A DNA stretch of 64,000 nt, from assembly GCF_004010195.1 (NCBI RefSeq), contig NC_057718.1:44864143-44928142 (forward strand). The letters are read 5' to 3'. Positions 1 through 11,853 of the stretch are shown piece after piece. This stretch comes from Chiloscyllium plagiosum. Taxonomy: Eukaryota. A model generated the notes under the pieces. It made no database searches, was not told the DNA's origin, and saw only the letters and a program-made list of their open reading frames with translations. The position numbers were made by a program, and so were the translations under genes. How positions within the stretch are numbered: position 1 is the first letter of the stretch; each line of letters starts with the position of its first letter.

Positions 1-237
1 TTTTCACACAGAGGGTGGTACGTATATGGAATGAGCTGCCAGAGGAAGTGGTGGAGGCTGGTACAATTGCAACATTTAAAAGGCATTTGGATGGGTATAT
101 GAGCAGGGTTTGGACGGATATGGGCCGGGTGTTGGCAGGTGGGACTAGATTTGGTTGGGATATCTGGTCAGCATGGATGGGTTGGACTGAAGGGTCTGTT
201 TCCATGATGTACATCTCTATGACTCTATGACTCTATT
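1..237 (+). mobile_element. CR1 LINE 3' end (truncated by window start)
   Basis: ORF 15-230 RIWNELPEEVVEAGTIATFKRHLD is the CR1 ORF2 C-terminus; the 3' tail is GAAGGGTCTGTTTCCATG followed by (TCTATGAC)n. Confidence 0.95.
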
Positions 238-329
238 TCTTTATGTCATATAGAGTGAAGGAACTGTCTGTAATTTGACATCTGTGATACTGAGGACCTC
301 AGGAGGAGTCCAAGATGGATTGCATTTAC

Positions 330-1285
330 AGCACTTTTATTTGAAAATGTTTGCAAGTTCTTCAGCATTGTCTTTTGTTTTGGTGTGTTGGGAACCTCTG
401 TTTTTGAAAGTCAGACATTTGTGGAGCACCCTCCTTCAGTAAGCTGTTTAATTGTCCACCAACATTCACAATGAAATGTGGCAGGGATGCACAACTTCAA
501 TCTGATCTGTTGGTTGTGGTATCACTTAGCTCTGTATATCACTTGCTACTTACTCTGTTTAGCATGCTAATTGTCTGCTGTAGCTTCACCAGGGGGAGCA
601 CCTCATTTTTAGGTATACACAGTGCTGCACCTGATATGCTTTTGCATTCCTTGTTGAACTGTGATTGATCCCCTGACTTGTTGATGAAGGAATAGTGAAG
701 GGATGTGCTAAGTTCTGATGTTTCAGATTGTGAGTGAATTTATTCTGCTGCTGATGGCCCAAAACACCTCCTGGATGTCCAAACCTGAGTTGCTAGATCT
801 GTTTGAAACCTATTCCATTCAGCGCAGTGCTGGTGTCACACAACAAGATGGAGAATATCCTCAATGTAAAAGTCAGACTTTATTTCCACAGGACTGTGTA
901 GCGGTCACTCTCACCAATACTGCTATGGGCAGGTAAATTATTAAGGACAAGGTCAAGTGATGGTTTTTGATGGTTGTCTAACCATGTGCTGCAGGATCCA
1001 GAGGTGATCCTAGTATACTCCATATTACTGTGCTGCCACTTCTGCTGTTTATGTCCTGTCCGTTGGAAAGAACTTACCAAGTAATGATATTGATGCTAAT
1101 GTGACATTATTTATAAGGTATGATTCAGAGAAAATGGTAATGCTGGGCTATTGCTTGACTACACCTCAGAACAGCTCTGCCAATTTGACACAAGCTGTTG
1201 ATACAGATGACTTGTTGGGTCAACAAGGCTGTTTGGCCCATTGTCATTTCCTGTGGCTTGGTCGATGCCAGGTTGTCTATCCGGC
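330..1285 (-). mobile_element. Old non-LTR retrotransposon (CR1/L2 group), endonuclease region, decayed
   Basis: Minus-frame LDLVLNNLPAHSSIGESDRYTVL (ORF 880-1080) resembles the APE endonuclease LDLxLT...G.SDH motif; many stops. Confidence 0.6.
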
Positions 1286-1550
1286 ATTGAAGAGTCAACT
1301 ATATTGCTGTGGGTAGGGAGTCAAATTTAGGCCAGACAATGTAAGGTTGACAGATATTCTTTCTTTATGAATACTCAGGAATCAGAAAGGTTTTTACTGT
1401 AACCAGCAATGGTCACTGTTGGATAAGCTTTTAATTCCAGATTTATTGATTGAATTCTAATTACATCATCAGCTATGATGAATTTCAAACACAGAATTTT
1501 CAAAGTGTTAGTCTAGGACTTGGGATTACACGTCCTCTGAGCCACTGCAT
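1285..1550 (-). mobile_element. tRNA-derived SINE, decayed (same family as 52040-52370)
   Basis: Shares AGAGTCAAC..ATT.CTGTGG..GGAGTCA.AT.TAGGC.AGA..GTAAGGTTG with 52098-52175; decayed tRNA-like head near 1480-1550. Confidence 0.55.
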
Positions 1551-1839
1551 CTTTCACCTTGGGTGGAAGGGGCCATGGTTCTGTACCTCAAATGAAAAAC
1601 TGAAGTACAGAACTGCAGCATTTGCCTTCCGCTTGACTGAAATATCACCACAGATTATAAGCTTAAACCTCTATAATTGGGCTCAAAAGCATAATCTTCT
1701 TACTCAGCAACAAGATTAATATCAATAAGCCTATACTGATATGGCAGGAGACATTTGTTTTTAATTTTTTAAGCTTTTTTAAAGCTTTTTTTCTTTTTGT
1801 TTCCATTTATCATAGTTCTTTTCTGTTTTTGTTTTTTTA

Positions 1840-2134
1840 AACATGTAAGAACTTGAAGTGTGTTGACAGTGTGGATGTAACAATGATGCTTTCTTTTGTG
1901 GGAGAAACTAGAAATAGGAGTCACTGATTTCTATTGAGGAATGTCCATTTATGGCAGTGATTAGGAGATTTCTTTTCTCAGAGACTTATAAGCCTCTGGA
2001 ACTCTCTTCCTCGAAAGAAAAGAGTAATGGAGTCTTTGAATACTTTTAAGGAGAGGTTGATAGATTTTGATTAAGCAAAGAGGTGAAAGGTTATAGAGGG
2101 CAGGTGAGCATGTGGAACAATCAGATCAGCCATG
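1840..2134 (+). mobile_element. Old CR1 3' fragment
   Basis: GTGGGAGAAACTAGAAATAGG...TTCTTTTCTCAGAG...GGAACTCTCTTCC...ATCAGATCAGCCATGATC, the CR1 3' pattern also seen in other copies here. Confidence 0.75.
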
Positions 2135-3090
2135 ATCATAGAGTCATTGAGTCATAGAAATGTACAACATGGAAGCAAACTCTTCAGTCCAACCTGTCCA
2201 TATCGACCAGATATCCTAAATTATTCTAGTTTTATTTGCCAACATTTGGCCCATATCCCTCTAAACCCTTCCTATTCATATAGCCATCCAGATGCCTCTT
2301 AGATATTGTAATTATATCAGCCTCCACCATTTATTCTGGTAGTTCATTCCATAGACGCACCACCCTCTGCAAGAAAATTTTGCCCCTTAGGTCCCTTTTA
2401 AATCTTTCCCCTCCATCCTTAAACTTATGCCCTTCAGTTTTGGACTCCCATACCCTGGGGAAAAGACCTTGACTATTTACCCTATCCATGCCTCTCATGA
2501 TTTTACAAACTTCTATAAGGTCACACTTCGGTCTCCAATGCTCCTGAGAAAATAGCTCCAGCCTTTTCAGCCAATAGCTCAAACCCTCCAACCCAGCAAC
2601 ATCTTTGCAAATCTTTTCTGAACCCTTTCGAGTTTAATAACACCCTTCCTATAGCAGGGAGACCAGAACTGAACACAGTGTTCCAAAAGTAGCCTAACCA
2701 ATCTCCTGTACAGCTGTAATATGACCTCCCTACTCCTAAACTCAATGCACTGACCAATAAAGGCAAGTGTATCAAACACCTTCTTCACTACCCTGTCTAT
2801 CTGCAACTCTACTTTCAAGGAGCTATGAATCTGCACTCCAAGTTCCCTTTGCTTCGCAACACTCCCCAGGACTTTACATTAAGTGTATGCGTCCTTCCCT
2901 GATTTGCCCTACCAAAATGTAGCACCTCACATTTATCTAAATTAAAGTCCATCTGCCACTCCCAGTCCATTGGCCTATCTCATCAAAGTCCCGTTGTACT
3001 CTGAGGTAACCTTGTTCGTTGTTCACCCCATCTCCAATTTTGCTGTCATCTGCAAATTTGCAAACCATATCTCTTATGTTCACGTCCAAA
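2135..3090 (-). mobile_element. CR1 LINE, 5'-truncated (RT C-terminal half and tail)
   Basis: ORFs 2579-2836 (LYRRLVRLLLEHCVQFWSP..LERVQKRF) and 2331-2591 (RVVRLWNELPE); tail repeat ATCATAGAGTCATTGAGTCATAG at 2135. Confidence 0.95.
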
Positions 3091-3244
3091 TTATTCTCTT
3101 ACTCTTAATTTTCATATTTGCAATGTCTCACTGTGCCCAAACTTTATTCACAATGGTAATGTTTATATATTCATTTATATGATTACATTTACCACTGCCA
3201 CTTCCTCCCCCACCAAGTCTCTGACTTCACAAGTTCAGTCAAAA

Positions 3245-3680
3245 CCTGTCTAGAACTAGAGGGTATAATCTCAGAGTGAGGGTCCCCCATTTAAGATAGA
3301 ATTGAGGAAAAACCTCTTCTGTCAGAGGATAGTGACTCAGTGAAATTCTTTACTGCAGGGGACTGAACAGGCTAAGTTACTGCTGGATTCTGAGGAAGGA
3401 TCACCGGACCCAAAACATTAACTCTGATTTCTCTGCACAGATGCTGCCAGACCTGCCGAGCTTTTCCAGGAAGTTCTGTTTTTGAATAGGCTGTGTTGTT
3501 ATGCATATTCAAAGTTGGGATAGACAGATTGTTCACTGGTAAAGATTTCAAGCGTTTGAGGGATAAGGCGGGAAAGTGGAATTCAGGATTATAAGATCAG
3601 CCATTATCTTATTGAATGGTGGCGCAGGTTCAATGGGCTAAATTGCCCATTCATGTTCCTGTACGTCATGGTCTTCTGAA
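3245..3680 (+). mobile_element. CR1 3' fragment interrupted by a short Penelope-like insert
   Basis: TCTAGAACTAGAGGG..TCTCAGAGTGAGGGG..CTTCTGTCAGAGG and ending ATCAGCCAT..ATTGAATGGTGG..CATGGTCTT. Confidence 0.8.
3386..3485 (+). mobile_element. Short Penelope-like terminal repeat with decayed hammerhead motif (family C)
   Basis: CTGAGGA-AGGATC-ACC-GGACCC-AAAACATTAAC followed by CAGATGCTGCCAGACCTGC..CTTTTCCAG. Confidence 0.65.
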
Positions 3681-3921
3681 CCATGTATTGGATCAATTGG
3701 TATTGCTTGCATCATCTGAATGTTGAAGTTCCATGGAGTCAGATGCTGCCCATCTTCAAGGTGTGTAAACAAGTCTTTGTCCTTAATCTGTTGAAACGTC
3801 CATGTTCAATACAAAAATCTTTTATTTAATATTGTAGATCAGATTGAACATCTTCATTCCCACTGTATCTGACTTACTGATAAACCTGCAGATTCACTAA
3901 AGTGGGGTTCACTTTAACTTT

Positions 3922-4470
3922 TGTTGTAAGACTTTCGGCAATTTCCGTTATAGATTGAGTTGAGAAATCCAATCCAGAAGTTTAGCAGTCCTGAATAAGT
4001 ACAAGGCACATTGCTTTCACAAAATTCACAGAATTTATTTAGTTTATCAAAACAAGTACAAAAGAAGCGATGATACTCAATAAAATCAATGCTTTTCAAT
4101 CAATCCAATTTGGGACAGCTCCTCACCTGCTCACAACTTTTTGGATGACTGGATGCAACTCTTTTGTTCTCTTCCCTTGACTTAAGTTTTCCTAATGTCT
4201 TTGGTTTCCCTTCTTGTACACCTAATCACTAAGACTCGCTTCTGGTTAACTCTTCTCTACCCCCTATGCAGGATCAGAGGTATCCCGACCTAAAAAAAAA
4301 GTTTGCCAGTGCGTGGACTGCACATGATCAATCTCAAATTGTCTAAACAGTATGTGCCCACTTCCTGGTTGATATTTTAAAAAGTTGTAGCAATTTTTTA
4401 CTGACATAATTTCCTACTATCCCCTGATTCATTCATCCTATAGTGTATTCATTTGTTTAGCTTGTGATTT
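3922..4470 (-). mobile_element. Possible old LTR
   Basis: The minus strand ends ...CTTACAACA with AATAAA about 115 nt upstream, an LTR-like U5 end; no PBS or PPT confirmed. Confidence 0.3.
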
Positions 4471-6490
4471 CATAGTTCAGGGCCAGATGTTCCTGTTTGT
4501 GTGCAGGGAAATGTTGGCAGGAGTAGGGGACACTAGATGACTAGAGGTATTGAGGCCCTGGTCAGGAAAAGAAGGAGACATATGTCAAGAAAGAGACTGA
4601 TGGATTCAAGTGAATCCCTTGAGGAATATAGGAAATGTAGGAGAACATTTAAGAGGGAAATCAGGAGGGCAAAAATGGGACATGAGATAGCTTTGGTTGG
4701 ACAATTCAAAGAGATTCTACAAGTATTTTAAGGGCAAAAGAACAAGTAGGGATAGTGTAAGGCCCCTCAAAGATCAACAAAGCTGTCTATGGGTGGAGCT
4801 ACAGAAAATGAGTGAGATCTTAAATGAATATTTTGCATCAGTATTTACCATAGCAAAAGACATGGAAGCTAAGGAACTCAGGGAGATAAATAGTGATATC
4901 TTGAATGCAGTCTAGATTACAGAAGAGGAGGTGCTGGAGGTCTCAAAATGCATAAAGGTAGATATATTCCTGGGACTTGATTGAGCATATCCCAGGACAT
5001 TGAGGGAAGCTAGGGAAGAAATAGTAGGGTCCATAGCAGAAACATTTGCATCATCTGGAAGACTGGAGGGTGGCTAGGGTTGTGCCATTATTTAAGAAAG
5101 GCTGCAAGGAAAAGCCAGGAAACTACAGACTGTTGAGCCTGAAATCAATGGTAGGAAAGTTTTTGGAGGAGATAGTATCTACATGCATTTGGAAAGGCAA
5201 TGATTAGGGATAGTCAGCAGAGCTTTTTGTGTGAGAAATCATGTCTCACAAACTAGATTGAGTTTTTGTAAAGGTGAGCAAGAAGATACATGAAGGCAGA
5301 GCAGAAGATGTTGTCTACATAGACTTAGCAAAACATTCAACAAGGTTCCGCATGGTAGAACTAGTGAGTAAGGTTAGATCGCAAGGAATCAAAGGACAGC
5401 TAACCAATTGGATACAAAATTGGTTTGCTAGTAGGCAATAGAGGGTGATGGTACAAGGTTGTTGTTCGGACTGGAGACTGTGACCAGCAGTATGCCGCAA
5501 GGATTGGTGTTGGATCAATTTTTGTTGTCATTTACGTAAGTGATTTGGATGAAATTACAGGAAGCATGGCCAGTAAGTTTTCAAATTAAAGTAAAATTGG
5601 TGGTATAGTCAACAGGAAAGAAGGTTACCTCAGAGTACAATGGGACCTTGATCAATTGGGCCTTGGGCCAAGGAATGACAGATGGAGTTTAATGTAGATA
5701 AATGGGAGGTGTTGCATTTTGGTAAGACAAATCAGGGCCGAACTTATACAATTACCGCTAGGGCCCTGGAGAGTGTTGACAAACAGTGAGTCCTAGGGAT
5801 GCAAGTACATAGTTCCTTCAAAGTGGCGTCCCAGGTAGACAGGGCGGTGAAAAGGCATTTGGCAGCTTGCCTTCATTAGTCAGAGCATTGAGTATAACAG
5901 TTGGGATGTCATGATACAGCTGTACAAGGCATTGCTAAGGCTACATTTGGAGTACTGGGTGCAAATGTGGTAATCCTGCTATAGAAATGATGTTATTAAA
6001 CTAGAAAGGGTACAAAAATGATTTACAAGAATGTGAGACTTGAAGGTTTGATTTATAAGGAGAGGCTGAATTGGTTAAGACATTTTTCCCTACAGCGTAC
6101 GAAACTGAGGGTTGACCTTACAGAGGTTTGTAAAATCATGAGGGGCATAGTTAATGTAAATAGGCATGGTCTTTTCCCTAGAATAGGGGAGTCCAAAGCT
6201 AGAGAACATTGGTTTAAGGTGAGAGGAGAAAGATGTAAAGGGACCTGAGGGTCAACCTTTTCACCCAGAGGATGGTGTGTATATGGAATGAGCTGGCAGA
6301 GGAAGTAGTAGGGGTGGGTACAGTTCCAAAATTTAAAAGACATTTGGACAGGTACCTGAATATGATAGGTTTAAAGGGATATGGGCCAAACACAGGCAAA
6401 TCAGACTAACTTAGTTTAAGAAAGCGAATGCATAGACAAGTTGAGCTGAAGGGCCTGTTTCCATGCTGTATGACTGTATGAATCTATGAT
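4470..6490 (+). mobile_element. CR1 LINE, 5'-truncated, about 2 kb, ORF2 RT with stops and frameshifts
   Basis: NSKRFYKYFKGKR, LNEYFASVFT, EDWRVA.VVPLFKKG, KSCLTN, DLTEVCKIMRG; canonical tail GAAGGGCCTGTTTCCATGCTGTATGAC. Confidence 0.95.
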
Positions 6491-7142
6491 ATCTAGTTTG
6501 GCAACAGTTGTGTATTTTAAGAACTGGTTTCTCCAAGATCTCCAATCTTGCCTTCTATTTGGTTTATCTCTGAAATTAAATCAACCAGGCAGTATTATTT
6601 TCTCTTGTCATTTCATCTTACTTTGATTATTTATTCTTCTTGCTTTAGAGTATTTTAATTTTGCAATATCTCAATACTGCTATTAACCTTCCCAAGTATA
6701 TTCTTACTTTTTCAATGTAATTTTTAAAATTTTCCTTGTCTTTAATGCTTTTAGACTATTAACTTGCAATGCCATGTCATTTGCAATCCTCTATGAGCAA
6801 ATTGATGGTCTCCTTTCATGTCGTGGGTAAAATGAATGATTTTCCACATTCCTGCCTAATAAACAACAGCTGTCCTTTTGCACAACTTCCCCAAATAAAG
6901 CCTTGAGCCTGCAGCCTTAATAAATCCTTGTCGCCTGAACCCTGTTTTAAATTATAGATCTTCCGCTCTTATCACAACCTCACTAATCAACTTAGTATCT
7001 TGTTGTTTGATTCCATCTGTTTAGACTTTTAAATTGTCCCTTTGTTACCCTAATTATGGCTTTGCAATGTTACCAGTGCCGCAACTTCTGTTTAAATAAG
7101 TTCAATATCCCTTCCTTACTGTAGCCATATCTTGTACTAGGC

Positions 7143-7265
7143 AAAAGTGAGGACTGCAGATGCTGGAAATTAGAATCTAGATTAGAGTTGCGCTAGAAAA
7201 GCACAGCCGGTCAGGCAGCATCCGAGGAGCAGGAAAATCGATGTTTCGGGCAAAAGCCCTTCATT
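7143..7265 (-). mobile_element. Short Penelope-like terminal repeat (family B), truncated at the hammerhead core
   Basis: AAAGTGAGGACTGCAGATGCTGG..AAAAGCACAG..GGCAGCATCCGAGGAGCAGG..GTTTCGGGCAAAAGCCCTTCAT; homologous to the copies at 12806, 26997, 40129 and 55120. Confidence 0.85.
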
Positions 7266-7941
7266 GGAGCTGTCAGCTCACTATAAAGGCAATGCTTTCG
7301 GTGAGCTGCCGTTACTCCTTTTAACTGCCATTCTTCCCAGTTCAAACTATACCATTAATTTCTATTCTTCTTCTTGTTCAACAGAATTTTTTAAGTTCAT
7401 TCAGGATACTCCAGCATCCTTTTGCTTGCTGGCTAAACCTTTAATTGGCACTGCTCCTGCAAATCCTTGCATCCCAATGGAATCTGTAATGGTCAGGCAT
7501 AACTAACTTCGAGCCCATATTTGCTTCTGCAAGTTGCTCCTGTTCTTGCCAACCTGCCCTAATCAGATCTACAGGAAAAAACTTTGTCATTGAGTGCTGT
7601 TTCTCCCCTGTTGGCCTTTCCATTAGTTTGTCTGCAGGCTCTTTGATTGTTGCATGTATATGAGTTGTTCCTAAAATCATAAAGTCATTTAAGATGTCAA
7701 TGGAAATTTACCTGAATGGACTGAAATTCTCTAAATTGATTACGAATCCACACCGTTATTACAATGTTGTGAGTGTAGTGATGCCAACCACTACCAGCTT
7801 ATTATTGGGCTAGTTTATTGTCACCATTCTGTTTTCTTGACTATGTCGAATAGCTTATTTGGTTTATAGTGGTGGAGGAAAACCACAAAGGGATCTTAAC
7901 GAGAAGAGGCATTTGTCTAAGACAAGATGCATGACAGTAAT

Positions 7942-8258
7942 GGCGGCACAGTGACTCAGTGGTTAGCACTGCTGCCTCACAGCACCAGGGTCCCAGGTTC
8001 GATTCCAGTCTTGAGCGACTGTCTGTGAGGAGTTTGCACATTCTCCCCGTGTCTGCGTGGGTTTCCTCCGGGTGCCCCGGTTTCCTCCCACAGTCCAAAG
8101 TTGTGCAGGTTAGGTGAATTGGCCATGCTAAATTGCACATAGTGTTAGGAGCATTAGTTAGAGGGGAAACGGGTATGGGTGGATTACTCTTCAGAGGGTC
8201 GGTGTGGACTGGTTGAGCCGAAGGGCCTGTTTCCACACTGTAGGGAATCTAATCTAAT
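7942..8258 (+). mobile_element. HE1-like tRNA-derived V-SINE, full length
   Basis: A box TGACTCAGTGG, B box GGTTCGATTCC, central TCTCCCCGTGTCTGCGTGGGTTTCCTCCGGGTG, CR1-type tail GAAGGGCCTGTTTCCACACTGTA and (AATCT)n. Confidence 0.95.
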
Positions 8259-8831
8259 TAGGTACGGGTTGCATTAGTATGTTAGATTGTGTTGCAAAGT
8301 CTCTGGGGACACTTGTGGATACAGTACAATCTCTTTGAAATGATTAAATATTTTTCCCATTTAAGGCTATATGACATCATCAGATTGGCTAGAGTTTAAA
8401 GCAGTCTCCAGCGCTAATGCTTTCAGAACCAGTACCTTATATAACAACTGACTCACATCATTTCCTCTTACAAGACAACTTTGCCAATTATTGGAGGCGG
8501 CATCCGCTATCTAGCAGGGACCAAGCAAGGGGCAAACATACACATCTGAGCTCCCATCAAGGCGATGTGGCTGACAATCATTTCCTCAGCCATCACAATG
8601 AAGGTGACTAGCATAGGGGCTGAATCTATTGTGGATGTGATAGGAACATGTCCAATCCACTTCCTCACATCCTTCAATCTGTTCTGGTGTAGCCAGAAAA
8701 CTCTGGCATTTCTCCAGTTCACTTACCTCACCCATTATCTTTTCATTTGTCTTCTTTCAGATACCAAAGCCATGCACTGAAGGCCCATAGCTGTTCAATG
8801 TTATCCTCCAAAGTCATCTGCACTAAAAGTT

Positions 8832-9115
8832 AGCATGGTGACTCAGTGGTTAGCACAGCTGGCCTCACAGCATTGGGGACCTGAGCACAGTTCTGGACTT
8901 GAATGACTATCTGCGTGGAGTTTGCTCATTCTTCCCATGTCTGCATCGGTTTCCTCCAAGTGTTCCAGTTTTCTCCCATTGTCCAAATTTGGGCAGGCTC
9001 GGTGAATTAGCCATGCAGGGTTACAGGGAGAGGTTAGGTCTAGGTGGGAGGCTCTTCGGAGGGGCAGTGTGGACTTGATGGGCTGAATGGCCTGCTTTTA
9101 CACGATAAGGATTCA
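8832..9115 (+). mobile_element. HE1-like V-SINE, decayed
   Basis: Colinear with 7942-8258 (GTGACTCAGTGGTTAGCAC, GTGGAGTTTGC, GGTTTCCTCC, GTGTGGACTTGATGGGC). Confidence 0.85.
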
Positions 9116-9261
9116 ATAACATGATATGACATGAACGTCAGCAGTTTTAAACCAACGACACTGCAACCATTGGAATAGCACTGGCAAGCAACTGCAGGAC
9201 AAGCAAAGGCTCATGTGAAGCAGACAATACATAAACTAACCAAAATCATTATTCAAATTTT

Positions 9262-9722
9262 GTATGGAACAGGCCTTTCAGCCTACCATAATGTCATTCT
9301 AAACTAATCCCAACTGTCTGAACATGGTCCTTGCCTGTTCATGCATCGAAATGCTTCTTAAAAGTTGCTATTGTATCTGCTTCTACCATCTCCCTTGGTA
9401 GCACATTCCAAGCACCTACCACCCTCTGTGTAAAAAACGTACCATACACGCCTCCTTTAAACTTTCCCTCTCTCACCTCAAACCCATGTCCTCTCGTATT
9501 TGACATTTCCACCCTGGGAGAAAAGACTCCGACTATCCATCTTATCCGATTTACACAGTGGGTGGTAGGTGCTTAGAATGTACCACCAGGGGAGATGGCA
9601 GAAGCAGATACAATAGCAACTTTTAAGAAGCATTTCGATGCATGAACAGGTAAGGACAATATGCAGCCAGTTGGGATTAGGTTAGAATGATATTGTGGTA
9701 GGCTGAAAGGTCTGTTCCACAC
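9262..9722. repeat. Inverted repeat: about 173-bp arms (9262-9434 and 9550-9722), about 115-bp spacer
   Basis: CTGTTCATGCATCGAAATGCTTCTTAAAAGTTGCTATTGTATCTGCTTCT occurs in exact reverse complement in the second arm; about 90% overall identity by eye. Confidence 0.95.
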
Positions 9723-10589
9723 CTCTTATAATTTGATGTACTATCAGGTCACTCCTCAGCCTCCAATGCTCTAGCAAAAATAATCCAAGTTCTTCCAACC
9801 TCTCCTAATAGATAATACACTCCAATCCAGGCAGCATTCTGGTAAAGCTTTTCTGTACCCTCTCCAAAGCGTCCACATCCTTCCTGTAGAGTGGCAACCA
9901 GAACTGCACATAATACTCCAAATGTGACCTCACTAAAGTCGTATACAGCTGTACCATGACTTGTAACTTTTATTCTCAATGTCCCGACTGATGAAGGCAA
10001 GCATACCATCCACCTTCTTTACCACCTTATCCACTTGTACTGTCACTTTCAGGAAGCTATGAACTTGTCCCTCAAGATATTTCAATGCATCAATGTTCCT
10101 AAGAGTCTTGCCATTTCATCCTCTTGCATTTGACCTCTCAAAATGCATCATCTCACACTTGTCCAGATTAACCTCAATCTGTTATTTCTCTGTACAACTT
10201 TCCAACTGATCAGCATCCTGCTGTATCCTTTGATAATCTTCCTTCTTCCACTAATTTTTGTGTCATTTGCCAAGACACTAATCAGACCTCTGACATTTTC
10301 ATCCAAATCATTTATATGTATTCCAAACAACAGTGTCCCAGCACTGATCCTTGTGAAATACAATTGATCACAGACTTTCAGTTGGAAAAAAACCCCTCCA
10401 CACTGTTTTCTATGACCAAGCCAATTTTGTATCCAACTCGCCATCTCACCATGGATCCCTGGGCTGGTCCAGAATTAATCTTTTGGACCAGCCCATTATG
10501 AGGGACTTTGTCAAATGCTTTAGTAAAGTCCATGTAGACAACATCCACTGGCCTACCTTCATCATTTAGAATTGTCACTTCTCCAATTA

Positions 10590-10817
10590 AAATCAGGACA
10601 TTTTCCTTGTCTTTTGGATAAACACTTTAAGATCTGAATGTTTTCCTCTTTCTATTGGCTGTGTTTCTTTTATTTCTTCTCTTGTTTTATTTTTAAACTC
10701 TGGTTTTGTATTTTGTATCCTAAGATGGTGCCTAGAATGGTGACCCTATACACTTTTCACTGTATTCCTGTATTTGTACACTTGAATACGTGACATAAAA
10801 TCTAATTCCTAATTCTG
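10590..10817 (+). mobile_element. Short non-autonomous retroposon with a Rex1/Babar-like 3' tail, inserted in CR1
   Basis: Ends CTTTTCACTGT...GTGACATAAA plus (TCTAATTC)-like repeats; the CR1 sequence resumes at about 10820. Confidence 0.5.
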
Positions 10818-10949
10818 AAAAAAACAATCAATTTTTTGAGACATGACCTCTTTGAATAAAGCCATGTTGACTATGGCTGAAAGATATTGGAACTCAGTTT
10901 ATTGGCTCAAACCGAAACATCATGACTGATGGTTCACATTCACCAAGGT

Positions 10950-11290
10950 GAGAAAATTCAATGAGCACCTTCTTTGTACATTGCAGATGGTCCTGGGCCA
11001 AAAGTGGTCCCAAAGACTAGGTCAGTTATGCCTCTTGTGAGATGTTTGTCTTCTTCATCCTCCTCCTTCCAACATCAGCTTGTTGTCTTTGCTACCTCTG
11101 CACCAATGCCCGTTCATACCATGCTGTAGTTCAAAGGGGACTATTATAATGGCATCCGTGACTGGTAGCAAGTGGTGTATGTAGAGCCCTCGAAGTCAAA
11201 ATCAATACCTTCTCCATGTTCAACAACTGTAATCAACTCTCTAAAGCACTGAGGACTTCAATGGTTCAGACAGAGCTAGAAATCAGTAAC
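10950..11290 (-). mobile_element. Possible PIF/Harbinger transposase remnant
   Basis: Minus-strand fragments LLNM..R..D, IIVPFELQH and an acidic EEDEE tail loosely resemble the Harbinger GLLKxRFRCLD...IIVCCALHN C-terminus; very decayed. Confidence 0.3.
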
Positions 11291-11853
11291 CAACCTGCAT
11301 GCTGATTCTAATCTCTTTAAATTGCACTGACGGCAAGCCCTGCCTGTTCATCTGTGTGTTTAAGGAATGGAGAATAGGAGAAGAAGAATATTATTTAAAT
11401 GGAGTAAAACTGCTGAAAGATGCCACACAAAAGGAGCTGGGGGTTACTTGTTTATGAAACACCGAAAGCCAACACACAGGGACAGCGAGTAATCAAGAAG
11501 GAAATGAATGTTGTCTCTTATTTCAAGGCAGTTAGATTATAAGAGTAGAGAAGTCTTACTGCGATTGCATAATGTGCCGGTGAGATCCCATCTAAAATAC
11601 TGTGAGTGGTTTTACTTAAGAAAAGATAATTGGCTCATGGGCAGGAAACAGCAAGAGGGATGAGGTGTTCAAATGTAGTTGGTCACCCATGACCAATGGG
11701 ATTCCACAGGGATCAGTCCTGCATCTGCAAGTGTTTACAATATATATTCATGACTTGGAAGAAAGAGGTTAAAGTATTGTAGCCAAATTTACAGATGACA
11801 CAAAAATAGGTGGAAAGACAGGTTGTGAGAGGGATACAGACAGCTTACAGAGA

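Larger units (their letters stand above)
9260..10878 (-). mobile_element. CR1 LINE fragment with an internal inverted duplication and a nested insert
   Basis: ORF 10378-10578 DEGRPVDVVYMDFTKAFDKVPH; ORF 10148-10444 INDLDENVRGLISVLANDTKI. Confidence 0.9.

Noticed and set aside
6490..7740. Endogenous retrovirus gag/env on the minus strand
   Set aside because: It has strand-biased, coding-like composition, but no diagnostic motif could be read.
7942..8015. tRNA gene (also the heads at 8832, 28211, 30833, 33158)
   Set aside because: The A and B boxes continue into SINE body and LINE-derived tail, so these are SINE heads.
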